Shown: positions 24,098-37,288, numbered from the stretch's first letter. The stretch: DNA of 59,527 nucleotides from Octopus bimaculoides (GCF_001194135.2 NC_068982.1:45947888-46007414), one strand, 5' to 3'. Numbers and translations are program-made. Notes: generated by a model from the sequence alone, not told the origin.

Positions 24098-26189
24098 TTT
24101 TTATGCTTTAGGTCATAGATACTCTTCAACTGGACAGTAAATTATGACTGACTGTATGACACTCTTAGCAGCTGTGATACACAGCGAGATGTTTATGTGA
24201 GACCTGATTGAGTCTTCCTTCAATTTCACATCATGACTAGTTTATTGGTAAGCAACGAACTGGCAGCGGCATTAAGGCGTTGGACAACATGCCTCCAAGT
24301 CTCTACGCTGTCAGTTCAGGTCCTGCCGCGATATTGTTCACTATTCATTCTTTCAGGGTCTATAAATGAAGTACTACTAATCTAGTGCAACGTACAAGTG
24401 GAGCTGCAAAAGCGTGTGAACGGGTGGATTGCGGTATGTATTCTGGCATTTTTTAGTTTAGAATTCCAAATCGCCAAAAGCAAATAAACCGTCTCTGGTT
24501 TACTTCGATTGCTCTATGGAACTTTGTGCTATTGTTAGAAATCAGATTCTTCTTTACAGGAAGCTTTCACATAATTAAAAGTAGAAGTGATCATATATGC
24601 ATAAATAACTTACATACATACATACATACATACATATACTAACAATGCACTGGCATGTAACGACTTTAAATAAACCATTAAATATCTTAGACAAATACAT
24701 ACAAGATGAGTGGGGAAAACTGAAAAGAAAGACTATGTAATTTAATCAGTAAACAAACGAGATACTAAAAGATGAAAAAAAGAAAATAAAATTCATTCAT
24801 CTTGTATGAACCCACTTTCTTTCCGGAAAGTATTTAACCCAAATGCACTTAAAATATGTTTCTTATCAGTTACAAACTACCTCAACACTTAATTGTCCAT
24901 TAAAAACAAATGAAAAACTACATCAAAATGCTAGTATTTATCGAAGTATAGAAACCGGAAATGCAGTTGCAATTGCCACTCTCTAACTTTTGCCAAGCTA
25001 ATAGTAACTGCCTGTGAAATTCAGTTACAATGTAGCCACAGTCACATCTAAGATCAATGGAAGCTGCATTAATTATATATGAATGAAAGTCAGCCATTTT
25101 GGGGGAAAGACGTCTATCAAGAAATTCACACATTATGCATTTTGAAAAGAAGACTGGACACAAGCCTAACAATATATATTTTTAATGATATTTTACTCCA
25201 TGTCATTAACTAGAGATTCGTAAATAAAGGAGCAACATGCATATAATTAAATACTTGTTTGTTTTCTTTCGAATCAGGTAAAATCTATCAATCCCGAAGA
25301 AAAATATATCAGTCTTGAAGCACAAAACCAAAACATTGAATAAACATGAAGAATTAATTTCTTCAAGTCTTTATATGCGTATGTTCCAATGAAATACCAT
25401 AGCGTATTCGAACAACATTAGAACGATGAACCAATAGAACATAACATTTTCTTCTCTCTCTCTCTCTCTCTCTTTTTCCATTCTCACTTCAAATTACATT
25501 TCGCGCCCGAATTAGTTGGGACACTGGAGTGATCTCCCCTATACCTCACTGCGCCTTCACCTCCCCCTCCTTATACACTCACAAAAAAAGAAGAGAATAT
25601 GTTTTTTTTCTCTCTCTTTCTTTTAGTTTGTCTTCTTTTCTTCGCTGTCCTTAAATAATATTTCGCTTCTGAACCATTGATAACATTAAAATGACTTCCG
25701 TTATAAGGAAATATCGCGCACCTTTCTGAACAACTAGAAATAAAGTAATTCAGTGAAACATACCATTTATTTTCCCTGCGATTGTTCGTTTACAAAAAAG
25801 GAAAAAAAACTGACAACGGAAAAAATCTTTTTTCCATCCCTTTTAACAAATTCACGCATGAACTGATATCACGCCATTTCCACAAACACACTTATACATA
25901 TATGCAAATATGTCAACAAGCACAGAAGTAGCTACACACGTACATCTCCATTGGCATACACACGCACACTCGCGAATGCAGAAACGAATATACTCCAGTG
26001 ACTACAAGGAGGCACACACGCAAGCATGCCAAACAGTTTAAATGAGCGCAGAGATACACACAATAAATTGCATACGAAATGCCAATGGAAATAAATACTC
26101 TACAAGTCAAACGTATTACAGTAAGGCAGCGAGTTGCCTTCGTTCTTTTCTTAAGAATCAACAGTTCTTGTTGAATCTGTGGATCTTAC

Positions 26190-26236
26190 CTAAAGTATCT
26201 GAAGAACTTGATCATGGCGAAAGCTGTGACTGCGAT
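26190..26236 (-). other. Candidate 47-nt exon
   Basis: Minus strand: atcgtgtttcag|ATCGCAGTCACAGCTTTCGCCATGATCAAGTTCTTCAGATACTTTAG|gtaaga. Frame 1 reads IAVTAFAMIKFFRYF and contains a gccATG. Confidence 0.4.
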
Positions 26237-26247
26237 CTGAAACACGA

Positions 26248-26308
<61 letters not shown>

Positions 26309-26490
26309 GTCTGTCTATATATCTATCTATCTATATAAACACTCTGGACATGCTAACAAACAGATACACTCAGTTGGTATGGTTGTACATATGCAAACTA
26401 GTGGGCATGTCTTGTAATTTGTGTTTGGCATACGCACATATATGGAAGGATAGACAGATGTATATCTGTATTGGTAGATGGACACGCATA

Positions 26491-26555
<65 letters not shown>

Positions 26556-27299
26556 NNNNNNNNNNNNNNNNNNNNNNNNNNNNNNNNNNNNNNNNNNNNN
26601 NNNNNNNNNNNNNNNNNNNNNNNNNNNNNNNNNNNNNNNNNNNNNNNNNNNNNNNNNNNNNNNNNNNNNNNNNNNNNNNNNNNNNNNNNNNNNNNNNNNN
26701 NNNNNNNNACACACATACATACATACACGTATGCACACATCACAGGTTATCTATGAATCATCACTCTATCTGCAATAGAAGTGATTGGAAAGGAAGTAAA
26801 ATAAATTAAATACAAAAAAGCGGCGAGGAAAAAAATTCGAACAAAGATAAACAACAAAGAAAGAAACGTAGAAACAAAGAAACAAACAAAAAAAAAAACA
26901 ACCCAGATGTATGATAAAAAAAAAAGGAAGAAGACAGAGATAACGATTGAATTCAAATCAGTCAAACTGGTGGTGTGGCTTGACTTGAGATGGAGTGATA
27001 GATAACTAAACAAATAATCAATATATACACGAATACATACATAAATATATGCATTAATACATACACTTGTATACACTTAAATACGTACAGACACACACGC
27101 AAACAGAATTATTCGTATATACTTATGAATGTACATACGTACATATATATATATAGGTACGTACGCGCCTCCATACATTCATATATACTTTTAAACATAC
27201 GTATATTCATACGTTCGTACATAAATGAATAAAACGCAATGGAGGCGAGTTCTTAAGAGAAAATGATAAATCAAGTAGATGGATGATTGGATGGTGGTG

Positions 27300-27304
27300 T
27301 GATC

Positions 27305-27364
<60 letters not shown>

Positions 27365-27598
27365 CAGATAGATAGATAGATAGAAGAAGGGGTAGTGAAA
27401 AAGATAAACAGATCAACAATGTCAAAGGGACAGAGAATTAAGGAGTGAGAGATAGGTGGAATTAGATGAGGAGAGTGTAAGAGAGCAACAGAGTGGAAGA
27501 GGAAAGCTAGGAGAGGACAAACAAGACAGGGATACAAATAGGGTGGATATATAGGGTGGTGGAGAATAAGGAACGTGTAAGCCTGAGAGAGAGAGAGA

Positions 27599-27673
<75 letters not shown>

Positions 27674-28305
27674 CAAAGACTTAAGAGAAAGGTAGCATTA
27701 GATAAAGTGACACATTAAGTGACTGTGAAAGAGGAAATGTAGAGGACAAACGAAAGTGATGCGAAAGGTGTTGGATACATCGTGAGACGAGGAAATAAAA
27801 AGTGCAACTCAGAATGAGATAAAAAAGCAAAGGGTGAGAGAGAGAGGGGGAGAGGGGGAGAGAGAGTGTGTTTGTGTGTGTGTGAGTTAGAGATAGAAAG
27901 AGAGGTTATGTAAAAGAATGAGAAAATAAAGTGGGAGATACAGCGACAAGAGTGAAAGAGAAAATGTAGTGAAGGACAAACGAGGCCGATACAAAATGTG
28001 AAGGATATATATAGTGAGTCGGAACAATAAAGAGAGTGTATGAGAACGATATAAAGAAACTGAGGGAGAAATTTGGAGAGATACATAGAGAGAAAGATAG
28101 AAAGAGAAAGAGAAAGAGAGAGAGAGAGAGGGGGGGTGCGAGTGTGTGTGTCAGGAATACAGAGTGATATGGAGTAATAAAGAGAGAAAATGAGAACGAT
28201 ATGAGGTTGTGAAAGAGGGAGAGGGAGAGTGAGAGAAAGATGCAGTGAAGGGTGATGGTGAGAGAAAGAGAAATAAGGAGAAATAAGAAGCGAGAGAAAA
28301 TAATC
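27300..28305 (+). repeat. About 1-kb purine-rich low-complexity tract with (GATA)n, (GA)n and degenerate internal repeats
   Basis: Strong A/G bias; recurring gaaggacaaacga and atgagaacgatat words. Confidence 0.8.
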
Positions 28306-28308
28306 ATA

Positions 28309-28555
28309 GGCGCAGGAGTGGCTGTGTGGTAAGTTCCGGGTTCAGTCCCACTGCGTGGCACCTTGGGCAAGTGTCTTCTACTATAGCCGACCGAAGCCTT
28401 GTGAGTGGATTTGGTAGACAGAAACTGAAAAGAAGCTCGTTGTATGTTGGTGTGTTCACGTTTCCGTAACTTAACGGTTCGGCAAAAGAGCTGGAGCACC
28501 ACCTTGAAGGGGGTTGTAGTCAAGCAAATCGACTCTAGTACTTACATGTTTTCTT
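28309..28555 (+). mobile_element. Family A SINE with deletions
   Basis: ggcgcaggagtggctgtgtggtaag head; lacks the internal microsatellite. Confidence 0.85.
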
Positions 28556-29225
28556 CTGTTATTTTTTTTTTATCAATCTTCTTTTTTCTTCTTGAAAGAC
28601 TGGTACATATTGTGATGAAATATATTACCGAACTGCTAAGTTAGAAGGACGTAAACAAACCAACATCAGGCGATAGTAGAACAACAAACTTAGGCACAAA
28701 GACACATACACTTATACACAAAACGCTTCTATATAGTTTCCGTCTTCCAAATTTTCCTCACGAGGCATTGGTCGGCCAGGTGGTATAGTAAGGGGCCTTG
28801 CAGTGAAACTGAACCTGAAACCACGTAGTTGCAAAGCGAACTTAGCATTTTTACCAAACAGTAATACCTGCACCTATGCTGTTTTCTTGTTTAATATAAT
28901 ATAACATGTTCTTTGGTATTTCAGACAGAAAATTGTGAGCCCTATATAAACCCTGGTTATTTTTGATCAAGCAAGCCTTTGATTAAACTGCTTCAACCAG
29001 TATCATCCCGTCGGTTTTTAAGGCTACTATTTTATTCTTTTTCTGTTTCTTCATTAGACCGTGGCCATGCTTGGGCAGCACCTTCGTGGTTTTAGTCGAT
29101 GAATTAGACCCCCTAAATTCTTATTTCGGTCTGGTAACTATTTTATCGACCCACAACGGTCGAAGTACTAAGTTACGCAACAACGTTTCTGCTGTGTTTT
29201 GACACGATACCATAAACAGCAACAT

Positions 29226-29274
<49 letters not shown>

Positions 29275-29924
29275 NNNNNNNNNNNNNNNNNNNNNNNNNN
29301 NNNNNNNNNNNNNNNNNNNNNNNNNNNNNNNNNNNNNNNNNNNNNNNNNNNNNNNNNNNNNNNNNNNNNNNNNNNNNNNNNNNNNNNNNNNNNNNNNNNN
29401 NNNNNNNNNNNNNNNNNNNNNNNNNNNNNNNNNNNNNNNNNNNNNNNNNNNNNNNNNNNNNNNNNNNNNNNNNNNNNNNNNNNNNNNNNNNNNNNNNNNN
29501 NNNNNNNNNNNNNNNNNNNNNNNNNNNNNNNNNNNNNNNNNNNNNNNNNNNNNNNNNNNNNNNNNNNNNNNNNNNNNNNNNAAACACACATCCTGATCGA
29601 GTGGGCTCCATTAAATTAGACATGGTCTGGGCTAATAATGGCCAAAACCATAGTTATTTTCGACCTCCGCCTCATTAAACGACGGTTGAGAGTTCCACAG
29701 TTTCTAGCTAAACAACCAAACAGGTTATTTGTTCAACCCTTTAGCATTTAAACCGGCCATATCCAGCCCAAAGTTTCTATCCGTTCGAACTGACCAGAAC
29801 CAGCCTCTCACACCTACCCTATAACAATATTCAAAATTTAAACAATAAAATCATTGAAGTCTTGAAGATACAAAGTAACGCATGATTAATTCAAAACAAT
29901 GTGAATAAATAACAATTACAATAG

Positions 29925-30250
29925 GTGCATGGCTTAGAGGTTAGAGCGTTGGGCTTACAATCATGGGGTAGTGAGATCGATTCCCGGACCGAGCTGTGTG
30001 TTGTGTTCTTGAACAAGACACTTTGTTTCACATTGCTCCAGTCCACTCAGCTGTAGAAATAAGTTGCGATATTACTGGTGCCAAGCTGTATCGGTCCTTT
30101 TCTTTCCTTTGGATAAAACCGGTGGTGTGGAGAGGGGGAGTTGGTATGCATGGGTGACTGTTGGTCTTCCATAAACAACCTTGCTCGGACCTGTGCCTCG
30201 GAGGTGAACTTCTAAGTGCAATCCTTTGGTCATTCATGACCAAAAGGGAG
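29925..30250 (+). mobile_element. Family D SINE
   Basis: Colinear with 23782-24097. Confidence 0.85.
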
Positions 30251-30299
30251 TAATCTGAATGTTAAAGGGTTATAGTGACCAACTGTTTATGTTCACATT

Positions 30300-30480
30300 A
30301 GCTCACTGCCTATATTAAATCGACATTGTCACTACAGGTGCACAAGTGTGCCATGCCTCAGATAGCGAAATGATCGCAGAGCAACGTGAAAGGAAGTGTT
30401 TTACTCAAGAACACAATGCACTGTTCGGTTTCGAAACCACGAACTCGCGATTATGAATGGAACACACTAACCATTAGGCA
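30300..30480 (-). mobile_element. Family E SINE fragment
   Basis: gagcaacgtgaaaggaagtgttttactcaagaacacaatgc...ttcgaaaccacgaactcgcg...ctaaccattaggc. Confidence 0.7.
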
Positions 30481-30483
30481 ATC

Positions 30484-30576
<93 letters not shown>

Positions 30577-30910
30577 GTCCATCCATCCATCCATCCATCT
30601 TCCCCACCCACAATTCCTAGGAGAGTCGCTGTAGTAGAGTCCTCAGGCGCTTCCTACATAAGGTCCCATCAGAAGCAATTTTCTTTACACTTTCAAGTCA
30701 GATTCTGAATAGTGACCAATTATGAACTATGAATATTATCCAAGCATCTCATTCTTGATCTACTTTCAGGTCTCCTGTCGATTGGATCGATTTGATGAAT
30801 TCGTTTGCGATCATTTCCTGCGATATTCTAATGTATATGTAATTTATATAAGTATGAATATTTACATGTATATATATATATTTAAAGGTGGTAGATTGAT
30901 AGATAGATAA

Positions 30911-30961
<51 letters not shown>

Positions 30962-31064
30962 CACTACCTGTCTATCATATGTTTATGCATATATGTACAC
31001 GTGTGTATTTTTGTGTGCGAGCATGCGTATCTGTGTGTGTGAATATATATATANNNNNNNNNNA

Positions 31065-32261
31065 TACAGGGTACGTAAGATATTTGAGGACAGATTTACG
31101 TTTATAAAAAACGAATATAAAATAACAGATAATAACTTTATTTATCAAAAAATGCTATGTGGATGAAAATAAACCTTCTTTTCTATAATGTTATTCAATA
31201 AAGCCACCTTCAGCTTCTACAATTGCTTCTATATGAGATCTAAATCATCTACATGCTCGAATCAAGTGATCCTGGTTCGTTTTGGACATTACCCTGACGG
31301 ACAGCTTCCATAGAATCTTTAGTGTTATGGGCGTGTCCATTGACCTCTCTCTCAACAACGCTCCACTTGTAATAGTTCAATGGATTGAGATCAGGAGAAT
31401 TAGAAGGCCAAATGTTAGGGGTTATGTGATCATGAAAATTTTCAGCCAGCCATTCCTGTGTTACTAGAGCCATGTGTGATAGAGCAGAGTCTTACTGAAG
31501 CGCAAATGGCTTTGCATTGCATACACTTTCTATCGAGGGCTTAACAATTACTTCCAGGACCTCAATGTGGCGGCAGAGTTAATTCTAAGTCCTTGTGGAA
31601 AGAAGTAAGGTGACATCACACGTCCTTCAATGCTGACAGCCCCTAAAACCATGACAGTTGCAGGACATTTTATATGCATAGCACTTGAAACTTCAGAAGA
31701 GTCTGCACATAACCATCTGTCATTTCTAAACCTTTTGACCTTGGCCGAAGTTTTTCTCGTTTAAGAAAAAACAAATCAAATCTTCTGCTGGATTTTTCAG
31801 TTTGTTTAAGAACGTTTTAGGTCTGGTGTGGTGATTTTCTTTTGCTTTTTCTGACAAATTGACCTTTCTTCATCATATTAAGCTTATATCTGATGTCTTC
31901 GTGGGCAACATTTCTGACTGTTCCTTCTGCCACATGGAAACCTTTTGCAATTGACATCATAGACTTTCTGGGATTGTAATCAATGGTCTGTTGAACTTGT
32001 TGCATAAATTCAGGTTTCTTGATGATTTCAGAGCATTTAGAATGTTTTTTATGCTTTGATACTGGTGATACATTTCCATCTTCAGTCTCTAGCTCCTTAC
32101 AAACTTTGTAGATGAAAGATCTGATAACTTTTAGAAAATCGAGATATTTTAAAATCACTATGTTCAACCTTTATAACCACAATAACAACATGCCTCTTCA
32201 TTTCTTGAATAAGCTGAAGGTCTGCCATTATTATTTTCTGAAACAAAGGTTATACAGAGCA
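31065..32261 (-). mobile_element. Tc1/mariner maT-type (DD37D) transposon, decayed; right end lost in gap
   Basis: Left end TA|CAGGGT. Transposase remnants: KIIKKPEF-like N-terminal region, FLNEKNF (first D mutated to N), Q*DSALSH (second D at 31489-31491), WPSNSPDLNPLN (third D mutated to N at 31375-31377), with 37 residues between the second and third positions. Confidence 0.88.
31249..32167 (-). pseudogene. DD37D transposase pseudogene with stops and frameshifts
   Basis: ORF-track pieces 31817-32167 and 31249-31473 plus intervening VMVLGAVS-like motifs. Confidence 0.85.
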
Positions 32262-32463
32262 NNNNNNNNNNNNNNNNNNNNNNNNNNNNNNNNNNNNNNN
32301 NNNNNNNNNNNNNNNNNNNNNNNNNNNNNNNNNNNNNNNNNNNNNNNNNNNNNNNNNNNNNNNNNNNNNNNNNNNNNNNNNNNNNNNNNNNNNNNNNNNN
32401 NNNNNNNNNNNNNNNNNNNNNNNNNNNNNNNNNNNNNNNNNNNNNNTATATATACACTTTATA

Positions 32464-32639
32464 TACGAGGGGGTTCCTGCTTTTAAGGGTGTCGCGAAAG
32501 GCCTGGCGGGAGACCCAACCCTCTGAGTTCTTTTATGGTGTGAATCCTAGAGCTGAATATTTTTAATATAATCATAATTAACTGAACCTCCTGGATTTTG
32601 TTTTACCTAGAGCTAAGACCTTTTCAGCACGCTCTCGTA
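32464..32639 (-). mobile_element. Mariner-derived MITE (TACGAGGG termini), deleted copy
   Basis: TA-flanked tacgaggg...ctctcgta. The internal aagggtgtcgcgaaaggcctgg is the reverse complement of part of 43437-43662. Confidence 0.75.
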
Positions 32640-32661
32640 TTTCTATGAATGTGTGTATACC

Positions 32662-32875
32662 TTTCTCTTTTTCTTTCACTTGCTTCAGTCGTTTGACTGC
32701 GGCCATGCTGCAGCACCGCCTTAAAGAGTTTTTTTTTTTCTGTCGAAGAAATCTACCTCTTTGTAAACCTAGTACTTATTCTACTGGTTTCTATTGCCGA
32801 GGACGTAAACACACCAGCATCAGTTGTCAAGCGATGGGGAGGGGCGGGTGTAACGGATACAAAGACACACACTCA
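32662..32875 (-). mobile_element. Family A SINE 3' half
   Basis: cttgcttcagtcgtttgactgcggccatgctgcagcaccgcctt...ggacgtaaacacaccagcatcagttgtcaagcgatgg. Confidence 0.8.
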
Positions 32876-33127
32876 TTATACTAGTAGACACTTACCCGGT
32901 GACCTGTGCGTGTGCGTGTGTGTGTACAAGTGTGCGTGTGTGCGGGCGGGCGTGACACCAGGAAGGCAAAAAATAAAAAAAATAAAAACAAGACAAAAGG
33001 GGTGAAAATATTGCTCAAGATGTTATTGGGAGAAAGAGGAAAGCAGAATGAGGAAAGAAGAGAGCAGATAGAAATGAGAGAAAATGATATAAAAAAAAAA
33101 TGGTAAATGAAGAAATATATAAGCATC

Positions 33128-33223
33128 GGCGTGTCTGAGTGGTAAGAAGCTCGCTTCCCAACCACATAATTCCGGGTTCAGTTCCAAAACCTTGCGAGTG
33201 TATTTCGTGTGGAAACTGAAAGA

Positions 33224-33268
<45 letters not shown>

Positions 33269-33355
33269 GCATATGTGTGTATATATATATATGTAATTAT
33301 ACATGTGTGTATATATACATGTGTGTATATATACATGTGTGTATATATATGTAAT

Positions 33356-33396
<41 letters not shown>

Positions 33397-33645
33397 GTGC
33401 ATTTATGTGTGTGCCTTTTTGTGTTAGATTTTTGTCTCCTTCTATCGCTTGACGACCGGTGTCGGTTTATTCACGTTTCCGTAACCTAGCAGTTCAGCGT
33501 AAGAGACTGACACATTAAGAACTTGGCTTAAAAAATAAAATAAGATAAAATAAAAGCTGGTGTCGATTCGTTCGACTAAATCTGTTTATGGCGGTGCCCC
33601 AGCATGGCCGCAGTGCAATGAATGAAACAAATAAATCATAAAAGA
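33128..33645 (+). mobile_element. Family A SINE with expanded internal microsatellite
   Basis: Head and tail flank about 200 bp of (CA)n/(TA)n mosaic. Confidence 0.8.
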
Positions 33646-33768
33646 TAAATGAATAGGAGTAATAAAGAAAGAAAGAAAGAAAAAAAGAAAGAAAGACTGA
33701 CAGAAAGAAAGAAAGAAAGAAAGAGGGAAAGAAAAAGAAAGACCGACAGACAAACAGAAAGGAAAAAA

Positions 33769-33814
<46 letters not shown>

Positions 33815-34161
33815 AGTAATGTTACAGATTTTCAAGGAATAACAGCACGGACTTGATAAAATATCTGAAAAAATACGAGATGGTTGTTCGGTTGTTCCAG
33901 AAATGGGAAACAGAGGAGAAAAAAAGAGGATTGAAAAAGAAAGGAAGAAGAAGAAGAAGAAGAAAAAACGGCGAAAGACTGGAAGAAAGAGAGAAAGGAA
34001 GAAAGGAAGGAAGGAAGAAATAAAGATAGAAAGAAAGAAAAGGAGAAGAGATAGACTGAAAGGAAGTAGGAAACTGCGAGCCTGAATTGGTTATTGATTG
34101 CTGGCCTTTGCTCTCCGCAGGTATTAGAAGCAACACAAGAAAACGGTGGATTATATATCTA

Positions 34162-34271
<110 letters not shown>

Positions 34272-34448
34272 TGTATGTATATATATATATATATATATAT
34301 AAATACACACACACACGCACATACACATACATATGTATGTGTAAAGATTAGAAAAGATTTCCCCTTCTCTCTCTCCCATGATGCTTCAGATGTTGCTTGC
34401 TGTTGTTACGACTGTATCCTGCTGCTGCCAAACTACACCTACTATCTT

Positions 34449-34480
<32 letters not shown>

Positions 34481-34835
34481 GCTCTGCTGTTGCTATTATA
34501 TCTTACACAGTTCGATGGCGACGACGAGCTTGCTGCCCGTTCCTGTTAATGTTATGGCTAAACGAAGTTGTGCTCCTTCATTCTTTCACAACCTTATGCG
34601 TTTCCTTAATCAATTCTTCTTCTCTTCCTACTTCAGTTATAAGAAGAGAGAAGCAGAAGAGGACACCGAAGGCCGAGCTAGGGCGGATGTGTATAAACAA
34701 TAAAGAGAAAAGAACGTGGGTGGGGTGGGAGGAAGGGAAGGTGTGTTTGGTTGTGGTTGGTTACGTTACAGCATTTCTTAGCAGTTAGCATTTGTTTGTA
34801 GTCATGGTGAAACAGGCCTGTGTTTAGAGGGAGGA

Positions 34836-34869
<34 letters not shown>

Positions 34870-36612
34870 TGTGTGTGTGTGTGTGTATGTGTGTGTACGT
34901 GTCTAGAAGTGTATGGATATGTGTGTGTGTGTGTCCGTACATATTTAACTATAAGTATGTATGTGCATTACAAATACACAAACTCTCACACACATATATG
35001 TACACATTAATTTTATTGATATTTAGCAGAAGTAACAGAGTGACTGAAGGTCCGAGGGCTTCGTGCGTTGGCCACTGTTACTTCAACTAAATATTAATAA
35101 GTATATATATATATATATATATATNNNNNNNNNNNNNNNNNNNNNNNNNNNNNNNNNNNNNNNNNNNNNNNNNNNNNNNNNNNNNNNNNNNNNNNNNNNN
35201 NNNNNNNNNNNNNNNNNNNNNNNNNNNNNNNNNNNNNNNNNNNNNNNNNNNNNNNNNNNNNNNNNNNNNNNNNNNNNNNNNNNNNNNNNNNNNNNNNNNN
35301 NNNNNNNNNNNNNNNNNNNNNNNNNNNNNNNNNNNNNNNNNNNNNNNNNNNNNNNNNNNNNNNNNNNNNNNNNNNNNNNNNNNNNNNNNNNNNNNNNNNN
35401 NNNNNNNNNNNNNNNNNNNNNNNNNNNNNNNNNNNNNNNNNNNNNNNNNNNNNNNNNNNNNNNNNNNNNNNNNNNNNNNNNNNNNNNNNNNNNNNNNNNN
35501 NNNNNNNNNNNNNNNNNNNNNNNNNNNNNNNNNNNNNNNNNNNNNNNNNNNNNNNNNNNNNNNNNNNNNNNNNNNNNNNNNNNNNNNNNNNNNNNNNNNN
35601 NNNNNNNNNNNNNNNNNNNNNNNNNNNNNNNNNNNNNNNNNNNNNNNNNNNNNNNNNNNNNNNNNNNNNNNNNNNNNNNNNNNNNNNNNNNNNNNNNNNN
35701 NNNNNNNNNNNNNNNNNNNNNNNNNNNNNNNNNNNNNNNNNNNNNNNNNNNNNNNNNNNNNNNNNNNNNNNNNNNNNNNNNNNNNNNNNNNNNNNNNNNN
35801 NNNNNNNNNNNNNNNNNNNNNNNNNNNNNNNNNNNNNNNNNNNNNNNNNNNNNNNNNNNNNNNNNNNNNNNNNNNNNNNNNNNNNNNNNNNNNNNNNNNN
35901 NNNNNNNNNNNNNNNNNNNNNNNNNNNNNNNNNNNNNNNNNNNNNNNNNNNNNNNNNNNNNNNNNNNNNNNNNNNNNNNNNNNNNNNNNNNNNNNNGTAA
36001 AGAAAGCGTCGTGTATCTTCTACCATAATAATCTTCTACTATAATAATGGTCTTGTGTATTTACCCGTCACAACATGAGAAAGGAATTGGTGATCCACTG
36101 ATGGAAGTGGGATGGTGAAAAGTCAACAGTGAAACAAAAATCAAACAGCGCTTCAACTCTGTGTGAGTATATGAGTGTGCATACAAAAGGGAGGAATGTG
36201 AATGGTTGTGTGTGTGTATGTGTGTGTTTGTGTAAAATATATTTATATATTTGAGTGAGTGTACATATTTTTGCCTATGTTTATTTAGAAAGATACACAG
36301 ACATATATATATAATTTTAGAAAAATAAAGAAGCAAATTAGTGGAAGTTGAACCGGTGAGTGTGTTAATTAATAAGGCATTAAACCCAAATGACTCTCTC
36401 CAGACAATAAAATGTGCTTCAACACACGAATTCACATAAAGAATCTTGCAAGCCAAATACAAAAACGAAATATATTTATGTATACACGCACACACACATG
36501 ACTGTGTGCGTATATGTGTGTGCGTGAGTAGATTCTCTTATTCTATTGTATGTTTCAGCCCAAAGGTTGTGTCCCTGATGGAGCATCGCCATCTTTTCAT
36601 TCACACACACAC

Positions 36613-36663
<51 letters not shown>

Positions 36664-36963
36664 TACATATATAATGTACCGTTCTTTGACAGAAAATTCA
36701 ACCCAAAATGTACTCCATCTGATGAGAGATAAATATTATTTATTTAAAGGGCACAATACATGTATTTAAGCTTTACATATAGTTTGATATGTTGGGAAAT
36801 ACTCAAACATAATCTTTAGACGCAAACCACATATAACGACCTATATATATATATATACACACACATAAGGAGAAAGAGAATAGAAGATTATTGCGTGTGT
36901 GTATGTATTCATATCTTTCCTAAGACGTGTGTGTGTGTACAAGTGTACGCGAATGTGTATGTG

Positions 36964-36998
<35 letters not shown>

Positions 36999-37163
36999 GT
37001 ATGCATATATTTATGGACGCATGGTATCAAATAATGGAGAGAATAACCTTTCAAATTGCTTAAGACTTGTTTAGAATATTTATTCTTTGCCTGCGTCTTA
37101 TATATTCGAACATTACAATTCACAGAGCACCTTATATGGCATATGTCATTTTACTAAAATAAA

Positions 37164-37288
37164 TACCGTTGCTACTCTTGTGAAACGTGCATGGCTCAAG
37201 TATGAATTGCTGTCGTATAAATGGTACTAAAATCCGGGTGGTAGCGCTCTCTGAGTATGTCGAGAGAGAAAAGGAGTAGCAACTGGTA
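37164..37288. mobile_element. Possible short TA-flanked MITE
   Basis: ta-ccgttgctactctt ... aaggagtagcaactgg-ta inverted termini. Confidence 0.4.

Noticed and set aside
24918-25172. 84-aa minus-strand ORF (MLGLCPVFF...)
   Set aside because: It has no splice signals or recognisable domain, and its length is within chance expectation.
29731-29920. piggyBac-like terminus (ttcaaccctttagcatt)
   Set aside because: The TTAA is imperfect and no partner TIR is visible, so it is too weak to list as a feature.
33846-33890. 39-nt minus-strand exon candidate (ttttttcag...TCT|gtaaca)
   Set aside because: The donor is weak and it does not join coherently with the other candidates.
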